A stretch of 63,981 bases of DNA from an uncultured Collinsella sp. (GCA_900543945.1 UQTN01000001.1:1-63981), one strand, 5' to 3'; numbered from the stretch's first letter, positions 29,545 through 40,772 are shown. The notes: generated by a model not told the origin, from the sequence alone. A program made the numbers and translations.

Positions 29545-30168
29545 ATGAAGGTTCTTTTGGTCAATGGCAGCCCCAAGGCAAACGGCAACACCGCTCGCGC
29601 GCTCGCCGAAGTCGCCGAGCAACTTAAAGCCGAGGGCATCGACAGCGAGGTATTCCAACTGGGCGCCAAGCCCATCCGCGACTGCATCGGCTGCGGTCAG
29701 TGCGGCAAGCTTGGCGGTCGCTGCACCTTTGACGACGACGTGGTGAACGAGCTCATCGCTGCCGCCGAGCAGGCAGACGGCTTTGTCTTTGGCTCGCCCG
29801 TCTACTACGCACATCCCAGCGGACGCATCCTCTCGGCACTCGACCGCGCATTCTATGCAGGCAGCAAGGCCTTTGCGCACAAGCCGGGCGCCGCCGTCGC
29901 CGTTGCCCGCCGCGGCGGCACGTCGACCACGTTCGACGTGCTCAACAAGTACTTCACCATCAACCAGATGCCCGTGGTAGCATCCACCTACTGGAACAAC
30001 GTCTTTGGTGCCATGCCGGGCGAGGCCGCCCAGGACGCCGAGGGCCTTGCCACCATGCGAAACATCGGCAAAAACATGGCCTGGCTACTGCGTTGCATCG
30101 AGACGGGAAAGGCCGCCGGCATCGAAGCCCCCCAGGCCGATCGCGCCCGCACCAACTTTATTCGATAA
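29545..30168 (+). CDS. Flavodoxin-family / iron-sulfur flavoprotein (NADPH-dependent FMN reductase fold)
   Basis: VNGSPKANGNT, CIGCGQC...C, GSPVYYA. Confidence 0.85.
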   Translation: MKVLLVNGSPKANGNTARALAEVAEQLKAEGIDSEVFQLGAKPIRDCIGCGQCGKLGGRCTFDDDVVNELIAAAEQADGFVFGSPVYYAHPSGRILSALDRAFYAGSKAFAHKPGAAVAVARRGGTSTTFDVLNKYFTINQMPVVASTYWNNVFGAMPGEAAQDAEGLATMRNIGKNMAWLLRCIETGKAAGIEAPQADRARTNFIR

Positions 30169-30174
30169 GTCCGG

Positions 30175-30328
30175 CGGTGGTCGCCTCGATGTACTGTCAA
30201 TGTCAGCGAAAAGTCAGCTGATGAGGCAAGGTGCCTTGAAAGAGGAGGGCGCTGGGCTTTTGCCCGCGCCCGACGATTGAAAGGCAGATTGCCCATCAGA
30301 TGGCTTTGCAGCGTCGAGGTGACCGCCG
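30175..30328 (+). repeat. Long imperfect palindromic element, copy 2 (same core as 10083-10192)
   Basis: CGGTGGTCGCCTCGATGT / GCGTCGAGGTGACCGCCG outer stem; TGAAAGAGGAG (30237-30247) and CGACGATTGAA (30271-30281) flank a GGCGC-TGGGC-TTTT-GCCC-GCGCC hairpin. Confidence 0.72.
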
Positions 30329-30354
30329 TTCGTTAGAACGGCGGAACATTAATT

Positions 30355-30696
30355 ATGAATATTCAAATTTTCGGGACTAAGAAGTCCTTCGATACCAAGA
30401 AGGCCCAGCGTTATTTTAAGGAGCGCCGCATTAAGGTGCAGTTTATCGACCTTAAGGAAAAGGAGATGAGCAAGGGCGAGCTCACGAGCGTGATGCAGGC
30501 GGTCGGCGGCATCGACAAGCTGCTCAACCCCAAAGCCAAGGACGAGGAGACGCTCGCGCTCATCCAGCACCTCACCCCCAGCCAGCGCTTCGACAAGCTG
30601 CTCGAGAACCAGCAGGTTCTGGCAGAGCCCATCGTGCGCAACGGCAAAAAGGCCACCGTCGGCTATTGTCCCGACGTATGGGGAGCCTGGGAGTAG
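30355..30696 (+). CDS. ArsC/Spx/MgsR family protein
   Basis: MNIQIFGTKKSFDTKKAQRYFKER...PIVRNGKKATVG; the usual N-terminal Cys is Ser here. Confidence 0.8.
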   Translation: MNIQIFGTKKSFDTKKAQRYFKERRIKVQFIDLKEKEMSKGELTSVMQAVGGIDKLLNPKAKDEETLALIQHLTPSQRFDKLLENQQVLAEPIVRNGKKATVGYCPDVWGAWE

Positions 30697-30782
30697 CCTG
30701 TGTTATTTGCACGCGCGTGGGTATAAGAGCACGCGTTTGGCATAAGATTCAACTGTAAGCCATGTCTAACAAAGGAGGGCAC

Positions 30783-31913
30783 ATGCCCAACAAACCCGTG
30801 AAGATCATCATGCTTACCGGATACCTCGGTGCCGGCAAGACCACGCTGCTCAACCACATCCTCGCTAACGACGGCGGCATCCGCGCCGCCGTGATCGTCA
30901 ACGATATCGGCGAGATCAACGTCGACGCCAGCCTTATCGCCGACGGCGGCCTTTCCGAGACCGACGACCTCATCCCGCTCACCAACGGTTGCATCTGCTG
31001 CACGCTTTCGGACGACCTGGCCAACCAGCTGCAGGGCATCGCCGATTCGGGCAAGTTCGACTACATCATCATCGAGGCCTCGGGTATTTGCGAGCCTATC
31101 CCCATCGCCTACACCATCTCGAGCTTCTGCGACGAGGCCAAGGTGGGCGGCGAGCCCAAGCTCGCGCTCGACAACATCGTGGCCGTGGTCGACTGCGCCC
31201 GCATGTACGACGAGTTCAACGGCGGTCGCGACCTGCTGGCCGAGGATATCGACGAGGACGACATCGAGAGCCTGCTCATCCAGCAGATCGAGTTTTGCTC
31301 CACGCTGATCCTCAACAAGACCGATACCGTCACGCCTGAGCAGATTGCCGAGCTCAAGGCCATCGTGCGCAGCCTGCAGAAGGACGCCGTGATTGTCGAG
31401 GCTCAAAACGGCGAGGTCCCCATGGAGGAGCTGCTCGACACCGACCGCTTCGACTTTATGCGCGCCTACAACTCCGCCGCCTGGATCGAGGCCATGGAGC
31501 ATCCCGAGGAGCACGACGACCCCGAGGTGCTCGAGTACGACATCGAGACCTTTGTGTACTCGCGCCGCAAGCCGTTTGACCTGCAGAAGTTCACCGATTT
31601 TGTCGAGCAGGAGTGGCCCGACGAGGTCATCCGCGTCAAGGGTCCGCTGTGGCAGACCGGCAATCCGGACATGTGCTACATGTTCGAGCAGGCTGGCCAC
31701 CAGATGCGCCTGATGGAAAACGGCCTGTTTGTCGACTCCGCGCCCGAGGGCGAGAAGCAGAAGATCATCGACGAGAACCCCGAGATCATGCAGATTTGGG
31801 ACGACGAGACGGGCGACCGCATGACGAGCCTGTGCATCATCGGCCGTCACATGGACAAGGATGCGCTCATCGCCTCCCTCGATGCCTGCCTGACCGACTG
31901 GCACCGCGCCTAG
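30783..31913 (+). CDS. COG0523/CobW-family metallochaperone GTPase
   Basis: TGYLGAGKTT, GCICC, IEASG, NKTD; CobW_C domain (FVYSRRKPF...RVKG). Confidence 0.9.
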   Translation: MPNKPVKIIMLTGYLGAGKTTLLNHILANDGGIRAAVIVNDIGEINVDASLIADGGLSETDDLIPLTNGCICCTLSDDLANQLQGIADSGKFDYIIIEASGICEPIPIAYTISSFCDEAKVGGEPKLALDNIVAVVDCARMYDEFNGGRDLLAEDIDEDDIESLLIQQIEFCSTLILNKTDTVTPEQIAELKAIVRSLQKDAVIVEAQNGEVPMEELLDTDRFDFMRAYNSAAWIEAMEHPEEHDDPEVLEYDIETFVYSRRKPFDLQKFTDFVEQEWPDEVIRVKGPLWQTGNPDMCYMFEQAGHQMRLMENGLFVDSAPEGEKQKIIDENPEIMQIWDDETGDRMTSLCIIGRHMDKDALIASLDACLTDWHRA

Positions 31914-31951
31914 GTTTATCCAAGCGGGCATTTTCCGCCTACGTAACCGCC

Positions 31952-31990
31952 AAACCACCACGAAGGTGCCTGTCCCCTTCGTGGTGGTTT
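31952..31990. repeat. REP-like family D hairpin
   Basis: AAACCACCACGAAGG-TGCCTGTCC-CCTTCGTGGTGGTTT (GGGGACAGG on minus strand); partial relative CACCACCGCCGAAGGGGACA at 27831-27850. Confidence 0.6.
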
Positions 31991-32013
31991 TTCGTTCTGA
32001 GCCAAGGAGATTC

Positions 32014-32613
32014 ATGTTCAACATTGTGCTGTATGCGCCCGAGATTCCGGCCAATACGGGCAATATCGGCCGTACCTGCGTGGTCACCGGCGCCCGCCTA
32101 CATCTGGTGGAGCCGCTGGGCTTTTCGCTCGATGACAAGACGGTACGTCGCGCCGGCCTGGGCTACTGGCAAAACTTGGACGTGGCGACCTATGCCGGCT
32201 GGGAGGATTTCCTTGCACGCAGCGGCCTCTCCCCCGCCGACGAGCGCCTGCATCTGCTGACCAAAAAGGCACGCCGCACCTATGCGCAGAGTACCTACCG
32301 CGATGGCGACTACTTGGTCTTTGGCAGCGAGAGCTCGGGCATTCCCGAGCCGCTGCTTGCCGCGGCGCCCGAGCGCTGCGAACGCATCCCCATGTTGCGC
32401 GATTGCGATTCGCTTGACAACGCCGAGGCCTGGGAAGCCCACGAGGAATCGCTCGGACATACCGAGGACAGCCACAAAGCCATCCTTCAACAGGATATCT
32501 GCGGCAACTTCGTCGACCCGGACGACTACCGCATCAGCGCACTCAACCTCTCCAACAGCGCTGCTATCGTCCTCTACGAGGCCCTGCGCCAAACAGGCTT
32601 TCCGGGAATGTGA
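32014..32613 (+). CDS. trmL: tRNA (cytidine(34)-2'-O)-methyltransferase with internal insertion
   Basis: PEIPANTGNIGRTC, LHLVEPLGF, RRAGLGYW, FGSESSG, LNLSNSAAIVLYEALRQ. Confidence 0.88.
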   Translation: MFNIVLYAPEIPANTGNIGRTCVVTGARLHLVEPLGFSLDDKTVRRAGLGYWQNLDVATYAGWEDFLARSGLSPADERLHLLTKKARRTYAQSTYRDGDYLVFGSESSGIPEPLLAAAPERCERIPMLRDCDSLDNAEAWEAHEESLGHTEDSHKAILQQDICGNFVDPDDYRISALNLSNSAAIVLYEALRQTGFPGM

Positions 32614-32640
32614 CCAAGGAACTGTCCCTTTGTCACATTC
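32606..32640. repeat. REP-like family B hairpin (GAATGTGACAAAGGGACAG...TTTGTCACAT)
   Basis: Further copies at 35156-35201 and 36386-36418. Confidence 0.8.
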
Positions 32641-32642
32641 GG

Positions 32643-35135
<2,493 letters not shown>

Positions 35136-35155
35136 CGCTCCCCTTCCTGTTAATC

Positions 35156-35201
35156 GAATGTGACAAAGGAATGTGACAAAGGGACAGTCCCTTTGTCACA
35201 T
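35156..35201. repeat. REP-like family B hairpin with 13-bp tandem duplication of its left end
   Basis: GAATGTGACAAAG-GAATGTGACAAAGGGACAGTCCCTTTGTCACAT. Confidence 0.8.
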
Positions 35202-36319
35202 CACTCGTGCCATAAAACACGATCTCGAATGTACTCGCCCAGCATGGGCACGCTAAACCGGACGAGACCGTATCCGGCGGCCTCGATGACGCGCTCGCGA
35301 ATTAAGCTTGCGCGATATTTACTCGCCCAGCTCTGGGTGCGGTCGCAGCGCTCAATGATATCCGCCATGCGCGTCAGCTTGCCCTCGTCAACCGCCATAG
35401 CCTCGATAAAGAGGCGCTGTGGGGTGCGCAGCCCGTAATACAGAGGCGCGTCAACCGCTTCGTAGAACTCAGAGACGGCATCCGCATGACCAACCTCGAC
35501 ATCGCACCCTTCAATGACCTGCGAGCCACGCCGGACAGCAGACCGCCACATGTAATATCCCACCAGCTGAACCATATAGGGATGTCCCATGCTCTTGTGC
35601 GCCGCAAGGTCCGCCGTCCCCGCATCAATGCAAAGACCAGCACACTCGACCGTCTGGATATACGAATCGCGCACCTGGGGCAAAGAAATCGTCCCCAACG
35701 TACGCTGCTGGGCACGTCGCAAAAACGTCACGCTCGGCTCTTCGAGCAGATCGTCAACCATGCTGGGCAAGCCGGTAAAGACCAGCGCAAGACCGCGCTG
35801 GTCGCTATCGGGCAAGCCCGTGGCATCCTGGTCTCCGAGCACCTGCTGATAGAGAACGGCAAGAGCCGCCAGTTCCTCGATAGACGCAGATTGAGCCTCG
35901 TCAATCGCAAACAGAATACCCTTGCTTGGGCCGAGTTTCTTGAGACGTTCGTTGACCAGCCCTCGCAACGTCTCGCCTTTTGCCCGCGCCGCCTCAACCG
36001 ACATCCGTCCAAACGATGGGCCAAACTCCATTGACGTCACAACGGGCTTATTCGAGCGGAGTGCGTCGGCCAAGCGGTCGCATAAACCAAGCGAAGCGGA
36101 ATCGGAGACAACCGCCCATCCGCGCTCACTGGCCAGACGTTGCAGCTCCCGCAGGAGAACTGTTTTGCCACAGCCGCGGTTTCCTGTAATGAGCATGAGT
36201 CTGCCCGGCGCTCCGGCACCGTTATCGAGCCCCTCCTCAAAATCTTCGATGACCGACTCGCGACCGATGAGTATCGGAGGCCGCTTACCAGCCGTTGGCT
36301 TAAAGGGATTTGGATTCAT
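35201..36319 (-). CDS. AAA+ (AAA_16-like) ATPase with probable C-terminal winged helix
   Basis: NPFKPTAG.RP..LIGRE, GNRGCGKT, AIDEAQ, GHPYMVQL, YRASLI...GLVRFSVP. Confidence 0.8.
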   Translation of the reverse strand: MNPNPFKPTAGKRPPILIGRESVIEDFEEGLDNGAGAPGRLMLITGNRGCGKTVLLRELQRLASERGWAVVSDSASLGLCDRLADALRSNKPVVTSMEFGPSFGRMSVEAARAKGETLRGLVNERLKKLGPSKGILFAIDEAQSASIEELAALAVLYQQVLGDQDATGLPDSDQRGLALVFTGLPSMVDDLLEEPSVTFLRRAQQRTLGTISLPQVRDSYIQTVECAGLCIDAGTADLAAHKSMGHPYMVQLVGYYMWRSAVRRGSQVIEGCDVEVGHADAVSEFYEAVDAPLYYGLRTPQRLFIEAMAVDEGKLTRMADIIERCDRTQSWASKYRASLIRERVIEAAGYGLVRFSVPMLGEYIRDRVLWHE

Positions 36320-36352
36320 GTCGGCCTCCTCGGATTGGCAAAGGCTAGCAAT

Positions 36353-36385
36353 AGTTATACCAACTTATACCGAGTTATACCAACT
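36353..36385. repeat. Three 10-bp tandem repeats (TTATACC core) in the ATPase promoter region
   Basis: AGTTATACCA-ACTTATACCG-AGTTATACCA. Confidence 0.7.
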
Positions 36386-36418
36386 GAATGTGACAAAGGA
36401 GTTGTCCCTTTGTCACAT
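36386..36418. repeat. REP-like family B hairpin overlapping the GTPase stop codon
   Basis: GAATGTGACAAAGGAGTTGTCCCTTTGTCACAT. Confidence 0.8.
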
Positions 36419-38416
36419 GTGGCCGAAAAATTCCGCGTCGGCGGGGCGATAGGGGCGGAAGGTGGCGGGATCGATCTTTACGTGCGCCGCGGCGGGGACG
36501 TCGTACCACTTGACGGTATAGCCGGCGCCGTGAGCGCAAAAGACCGAATCGGGCGTGTTGGGCAGATCGGCCTCGGGCTCATAGGCGGCCGCCTCGATTA
36601 CGCGCTCGGCATCATGGCAAGCCGCATAGCCGGCGAACTCCAGGTACAGATGACCGCGACCGCTCGTGTAGGCAGCCACCTCCAGCGCATAATCCTGCAC
36701 CTCGGATGCCGGCACGCGACCCACAAGCTTCGCCCGGTCTCCCGCCATCGTCGGCGGCTTGTACTCGGCGCCCATGCGCGTGGCATCCGAGAGCGCCCGG
36801 CCCACGCACTCCCCCGGCACCTCGAGTTCAAAGTGATACCACGGCTCCAGCAGCACGGCTGCGCCGACCTCACGCGCCTGCATCAAACCCTGGCGAATCG
36901 CGCGGTACGTGGCCTGGCGAAAATCGCCGCCCTCGGTGTGTTTGGCATGCGCGCGGCCGCCCGTAAGCGTAATGCGCACATCGGTGATGGGCGAGCCGGT
37001 CAGTGCGCCCAGGTGATCGCGCTCCATGGCGTTGGTGAGTGCCAAACGCTGCCAGTTAAGATCGAGCTTGTCGGTCGAGGTCACGGTGCCAAACTGCACG
37101 CCCGAACCCGCTGGCAACGGCTCCAGGCGCAAATGCACCTCGGCATAGTGGCGCAGCGGCTCAAAGTGGCCCACGCCCTCGACCGGCTGCGAGATCGTCT
37201 CCTTATAGAGAATGCCGCCAGACTCAAACTCAACCGAAAGGCCAAAGCGATCGACCAACACCCGCTGTACGACCTCGAGTTGCACGGCGCCCATCAACTG
37301 CAAATGAATCTGCTCAAGATGCGTATTCCAGCTTACGCCGAGCATAGGATCTTCATCCGCCAACTCAGTCAATGCTTTGAACACCGTGTGGACGTCGTGT
37401 TCGCCCGGAAGCACCGTATAGGTGAGAACTGGCGCAATGACGGGCGCATCGCACGCGGGTTCCGCGCCCAAGGCGTCCCCTGGGCGAACGTGCGCAAGAC
37501 CCGTCACGGCACAAATACCGCCAGCGGCAACTTCTTGGGCAAGCTCATACTTCTCGCCGTTATAGATGCGCACCTGATCGACCTTTTGCTCCCATGCCTC
37601 GGCACCGGAGCGCCCCTCGATCATCTGCTTTGCATGCAGCGTGCCGCCGGTCACTTTTACCCAAGCCAAGCGCTCGCCGCGATCGCCGCGGCTGACGCGA
37701 TAGACGCGCGCGGCGAACTCCGGCGGCCACGCCCTCTCACGCATCAGCGCGCACATGCCATCCAGCAGCTCGCCCACGCCCTGGTCCTTAAGCGCCGAGC
37801 CGGCAAAGCAAGGAAAGAGCCTGCGCTCGGCAACCATGCGCGAAAGCGTTGCGACGGAAAGCTCGCCTGTCTCAAGAAACTCCTCGAGGGCTGCCTCGTC
37901 CAACGCGGCAGCGTCCTCCCAAGCGGCGCCGCCCGCCAGCAGTTCGTTCGCATCGAGGCAGCCCTCGGAAAGACGCTGCCCAAGTTGTGCCAGCAAAACA
38001 TCGCGGCCGGGATTCTCCAGATCGATTTTGTTGATAAAGACGAACGTCGGGATGTCATAGCGCGCAAGCAGGCGCCACAGGGTTTCGGTGTGTCCCTGCA
38101 CGCCATCGTTGGCGCCCACAACCAAAATCGCGTAGTCGAGAGCGCGCAATGTGCGCTCTGCCTCGGCAGAAAAATCGACATGCCCCGGTGCATCCACGAG
38201 CATGACGTGGGTATCGCCATGGTCGAGCACGGCCTGCGACGAGAAAATCGTGATGCCGCGCTCGCGTTCGATAGCGTTGGTATCCAGGTGCGAGTCGCCG
38301 TCGTCCACACGGCCGCGCTTGCGAATGCGACCTGCGTTGAACAGCATGGCCTCGGCCAGCGTAGTCTTGCCGGCATCGACATGCGCCAAGATTCCAACGA
38401 CCGCTTGCTTCGACAT
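36413..38416 (-). CDS. Translation-factor GTPase, TetM/TetW/EF-G-like
   Basis: GILAHVDAGKTT, ERERGITI, DAPGHVDF, NKID, EDP, MGAVQLEV, YKETI, EGGDFRQAT, LLEPW. Confidence 0.85.
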   Translation of the reverse strand: MSKQAVVGILAHVDAGKTTLAEAMLFNAGRIRKRGRVDDGDSHLDTNAIERERGITIFSSQAVLDHGDTHVMLVDAPGHVDFSAEAERTLRALDYAILVVGANDGVQGHTETLWRLLARYDIPTFVFINKIDLENPGRDVLLAQLGQRLSEGCLDANELLAGGAAWEDAAALDEAALEEFLETGELSVATLSRMVAERRLFPCFAGSALKDQGVGELLDGMCALMRERAWPPEFAARVYRVSRGDRGERLAWVKVTGGTLHAKQMIEGRSGAEAWEQKVDQVRIYNGEKYELAQEVAAGGICAVTGLAHVRPGDALGAEPACDAPVIAPVLTYTVLPGEHDVHTVFKALTELADEDPMLGVSWNTHLEQIHLQLMGAVQLEVVQRVLVDRFGLSVEFESGGILYKETISQPVEGVGHFEPLRHYAEVHLRLEPLPAGSGVQFGTVTSTDKLDLNWQRLALTNAMERDHLGALTGSPITDVRITLTGGRAHAKHTEGGDFRQATYRAIRQGLMQAREVGAAVLLEPWYHFELEVPGECVGRALSDATRMGAEYKPPTMAGDRAKLVGRVPASEVQDYALEVAAYTSGRGHLYLEFAGYAACHDAERVIEAAAYEPEADLPNTPDSVFCAHGAGYTVKWYDVPAAAHVKIDPATFRPYRPADAEFFGHM

Positions 38417-38488
38417 GGCTCTCCTCTTATTGCGAGCCCATCGCACGCGGCAACGGGCATTCTCGTTCCACACTGGATGATACAATTT

Positions 38489-38656
38489 ACGAGCCGGCGG
38501 GCGAAGCGGGCCCTATCCCCCGACCGAGCTCATCGCCCCGCGTTGCCGCGCGGCGATTTTCGCAGGTTCGCGCCTTGCGAAAGCCGGCACCTCCCCTTTT
38601 TGTCTGCCCGGGTTCATCTGGGGCGGTAACAATGCGAGTCCCACAACGGCGCGTTT
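38489..38656 (+). ncRNA. ssrS: Putative 6S RNA
   Basis: Extended -10 TGnTACAAT (38478-38486); about 165-nt rod (ACGAGCCG / CGGCGCGT ends; apical TTTCGCAGG / CCTTGCGAAA stem); 6S-like GAAGCGGGCC...TCCCCCGACCGA and GGCACC...CGGGTTC motifs; terminator at 38661-38689. Confidence 0.6.
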
Positions 38657-38660
38657 TACC

Positions 38661-38689
38661 AAAAATGGCCCCACTCGGGGCCATTTTTT
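38661..38689. terminator. Bidirectional intrinsic terminator
   Basis: AAAAATGGCCCC-ACTC-GGGGCCATTTTTT. Confidence 0.8.
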
Positions 38690-38722
38690 ATTTGAGCTGG
38701 GTGATGATACGTGCCTTGGCTC

Positions 38723-39214
38723 CTACGCCTCGCGCAGCCAATCAAACGCGACACGCGCCGTGCCGTCGGACACATAGACGATACCGACACGCTCGAACCC
38801 CGCCTTGGCGATGGCGCCCTGCATGGGCAAGTTGTCCTCGTGCGTGTCAATACGCAGATGGTCGGCGCATTCCTTGGCAAAGGCAAACATCGCCGCCGCG
38901 ATACCGTGCGCGGTGCCGTCGGATGCCACGCGATGCAGCACGGCATACGGAGTGTCGCTGCGCCATTGACCGTCCTCAATCACGTCATAGCACTCGTCCG
39001 GACCCGGTAAAAAGGCAAACGTCGCCACCACGCGGCCGTCGACTTCGCACACGTAACTGCCACCAGCGGCAATATCGGCAGCCAGCTGCTCGGCCGAAGG
39101 CGTGCCCTCGGGCCACTGCGTGGCGTTGCCATGCGCGCGCATAAAGGCGCGGGCCGCGTCATAGATAGCCATGACGGCGGGAATGTCGGTATCGAGGGTT
39201 TTTCTGATCATCAC
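38723..39214 (-). CDS. GNAT-family N-acetyltransferase
   Basis: QWPEGTP, VLHRVAS...GIA, RIDTHEDNLPMQ..IAKAGFERVG. Confidence 0.85.
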   Translation of the reverse strand: MMIRKTLDTDIPAVMAIYDAARAFMRAHGNATQWPEGTPSAEQLAADIAAGGSYVCEVDGRVVATFAFLPGPDECYDVIEDGQWRSDTPYAVLHRVASDGTAHGIAAAMFAFAKECADHLRIDTHEDNLPMQGAIAKAGFERVGIVYVSDGTARVAFDWLREA

Positions 39215-39288
39215 GCGGCGACCTCACGTTTATTGGTATCACTTTGATTGAGCAATGATACCAACGTTTGGAGAGGAGCGCGAAGCAG

Positions 39289-39585
39289 ATGGGGAGCAAA
39301 AAGCGAGCCGCCTGGTCAAAAGCCAAAAGCGAGTTTTTGGGCGCTGCCACCGGCGGCGATATGGGCGACCTGTTTGCGCGCGAGGACGAGCGCCGCGACG
39401 CACTAGACGCCGAGCGCGATGAAGCCTGGCGCTACAAGTCGTGCGAACGCAAAAACCGTTACGACACACGCGCCGAAGCCGAGGCCGTTATGGCCGACTG
39501 CGAAAACCGCGGACGGCGTGGTTTGGCCTGCTACAAATGCGAATACTGCGGCGGCTGGCACCTGACGTCGCACCCTTGGAAATAG
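39289..39585 (+). CDS. Small hypothetical protein with Cys/His zinc-binding motif
   Basis: SCERKNRY...YKCEYCGGWHLT; GAGGAG upstream. Confidence 0.7.
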   Translation: MGSKKRAAWSKAKSEFLGAATGGDMGDLFAREDERRDALDAERDEAWRYKSCERKNRYDTRAEAEAVMADCENRGRRGLACYKCEYCGGWHLTSHPWK

Positions 39586-39633
39586 ACCCCGCATCGGCAC
39601 GGCGCTGGCGAAGCGCCAGCCATCGTGCACAAG

Positions 39634-40338
39634 CTACGGGCGCGGCGGCACCAAAACATCGTAACGAACGGCCTTGCCCACAAGCTGATAGCTCGGCTTA
39701 ACGCCGGCAAGCAGCGGCCCCTTCACCGGTCGCTTGATAACGACCTTGCGCGGGTGCACCGCAAGCGCAGCTTCGACCAGCGTCTCCTCGTCGGCGCACG
39801 GCTGCTCCAGATGGTGCAAAAGTTGAAACTTCTTTTTCACCGCCGCGCTCTTGGTGCGCTCGGGAAACATGGGGTCCAGATACACCACGTCGGGAGCGGT
39901 GAGCTCGCCCTGCCCGATCAGCTCGGCTGTATGGCGAAGGCCGGCAATGCTATCCTCGCCCGCATGTAAGCGCATGCGCGCCACGGCAGCCGCAAGCGCC
40001 GGATCATCTGCCGCGCGATCCAAAGCATCCTTGAGGAGCGCCGCGATCACGCAATCCTGTTCATACAGATCGACGGTAAAGCCCGCGGCCGCCAGCAGCA
40101 GCGAATCCTCGCCAAAACCTGCCGTGGCATCGACTGCCCACGGATGCTCAACGCCTTTCGCGCGCGCGGCCTTCACCAGCAGCTCCTGCTGCAGACGACC
40201 CTGCTTGAGCCGCGGAAGCATGCGGCCAAAATCGGCACGCAGCTCCATCGTGCCGTCGGTGAGCGTGAGGCCCTCGGACTTCCCGGTCAGCTCAAGCCCC
40301 GCGGCCCGAGCAACAGAAAAGGGATCGACGACGCCCAT
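39634..40338 (-). CDS. RsmJ-like class I SAM-dependent methyltransferase
   Basis: VDATAGFGEDS, DVVYLDPMFP, KVVIKRP, VRYD. Confidence 0.85.
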   Translation of the reverse strand: MGVVDPFSVARAAGLELTGKSEGLTLTDGTMELRADFGRMLPRLKQGRLQQELLVKAARAKGVEHPWAVDATAGFGEDSLLLAAAGFTVDLYEQDCVIAALLKDALDRAADDPALAAAVARMRLHAGEDSIAGLRHTAELIGQGELTAPDVVYLDPMFPERTKSAAVKKKFQLLHHLEQPCADEETLVEAALAVHPRKVVIKRPVKGPLLAGVKPSYQLVGKAVRYDVLVPPRP

Positions 40339-40401
40339 GGACACTCCTTAACAAGCAAAACGAATACGTGAGCGCCGTTTATGCCAGCACCCAACCGTCC
40401 G

Positions 40402-40545
40402 TTATTGTCCCACATGCGACATGGTCCACAGCATCCCAATGCAAAGCACCGCCATCAATCCCGTGCACACGGCAGCGATCACGGAATCGCCCATACGCCT
40501 TCCTAACGAACGCGGCTCGCGCACTTGCTTGGCCCCGTACATCAT
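40402..40545 (-). CDS. 47-aa small membrane protein (not in ORF track)
   Basis: AAGGAGGGGCC-ATG; MMYGAKQVREPRSLGRRMGDSVIAAVCTGLMAVLCIGMLWTMSHVGQ: basic N-terminus plus one TM helix. Confidence 0.55.
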   Translation of the reverse strand: MMYGAKQVREPRSLGRRMGDSVIAAVCTGLMAVLCIGMLWTMSHVGQ

Positions 40546-40772
40546 GGCCCCTCCTTCGGTCCAGCTCTTGCCATGGCCCCATCATCGCAGCGCCGCGCAT
40601 ACGCTGCCATCGATTTTGCTTACGCCCAGCTTTCCTTTTTGAAAGGTTGGGCCGCACAGGCAAGAGTCGCTTTCAGGCGCATGCATCGCCGCGTTGAACT
40701 ACAATGTGCTTCACCATATGTGCAGCACAAAGGGTGCGCCAGGTTGGCGTACTCGTATCGAAAGGACCAGCC

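Noticed and set aside
36413..38416. Acquired tetracycline resistance gene tet(W)/tet(M)
   Set aside because: GC and codon style match the host, there is no mobile context, and the C-terminus differs from ribosomal protection proteins.
36140..38629. Long antisense ORFs (829 aa here; also 675-1838, 2937-4166, 7625-8902, 46403-47899, 48080-49669, 59195-60631)
   Set aside because: Shadow frames opposite well-supported genes, expected in high-GC DNA; no recognisable motifs.
40379..40663. 94-aa ORF from the track
   Set aside because: No RBS or protein-like composition; the overlapping 47-aa frame has a strong RBS and a TM helix.
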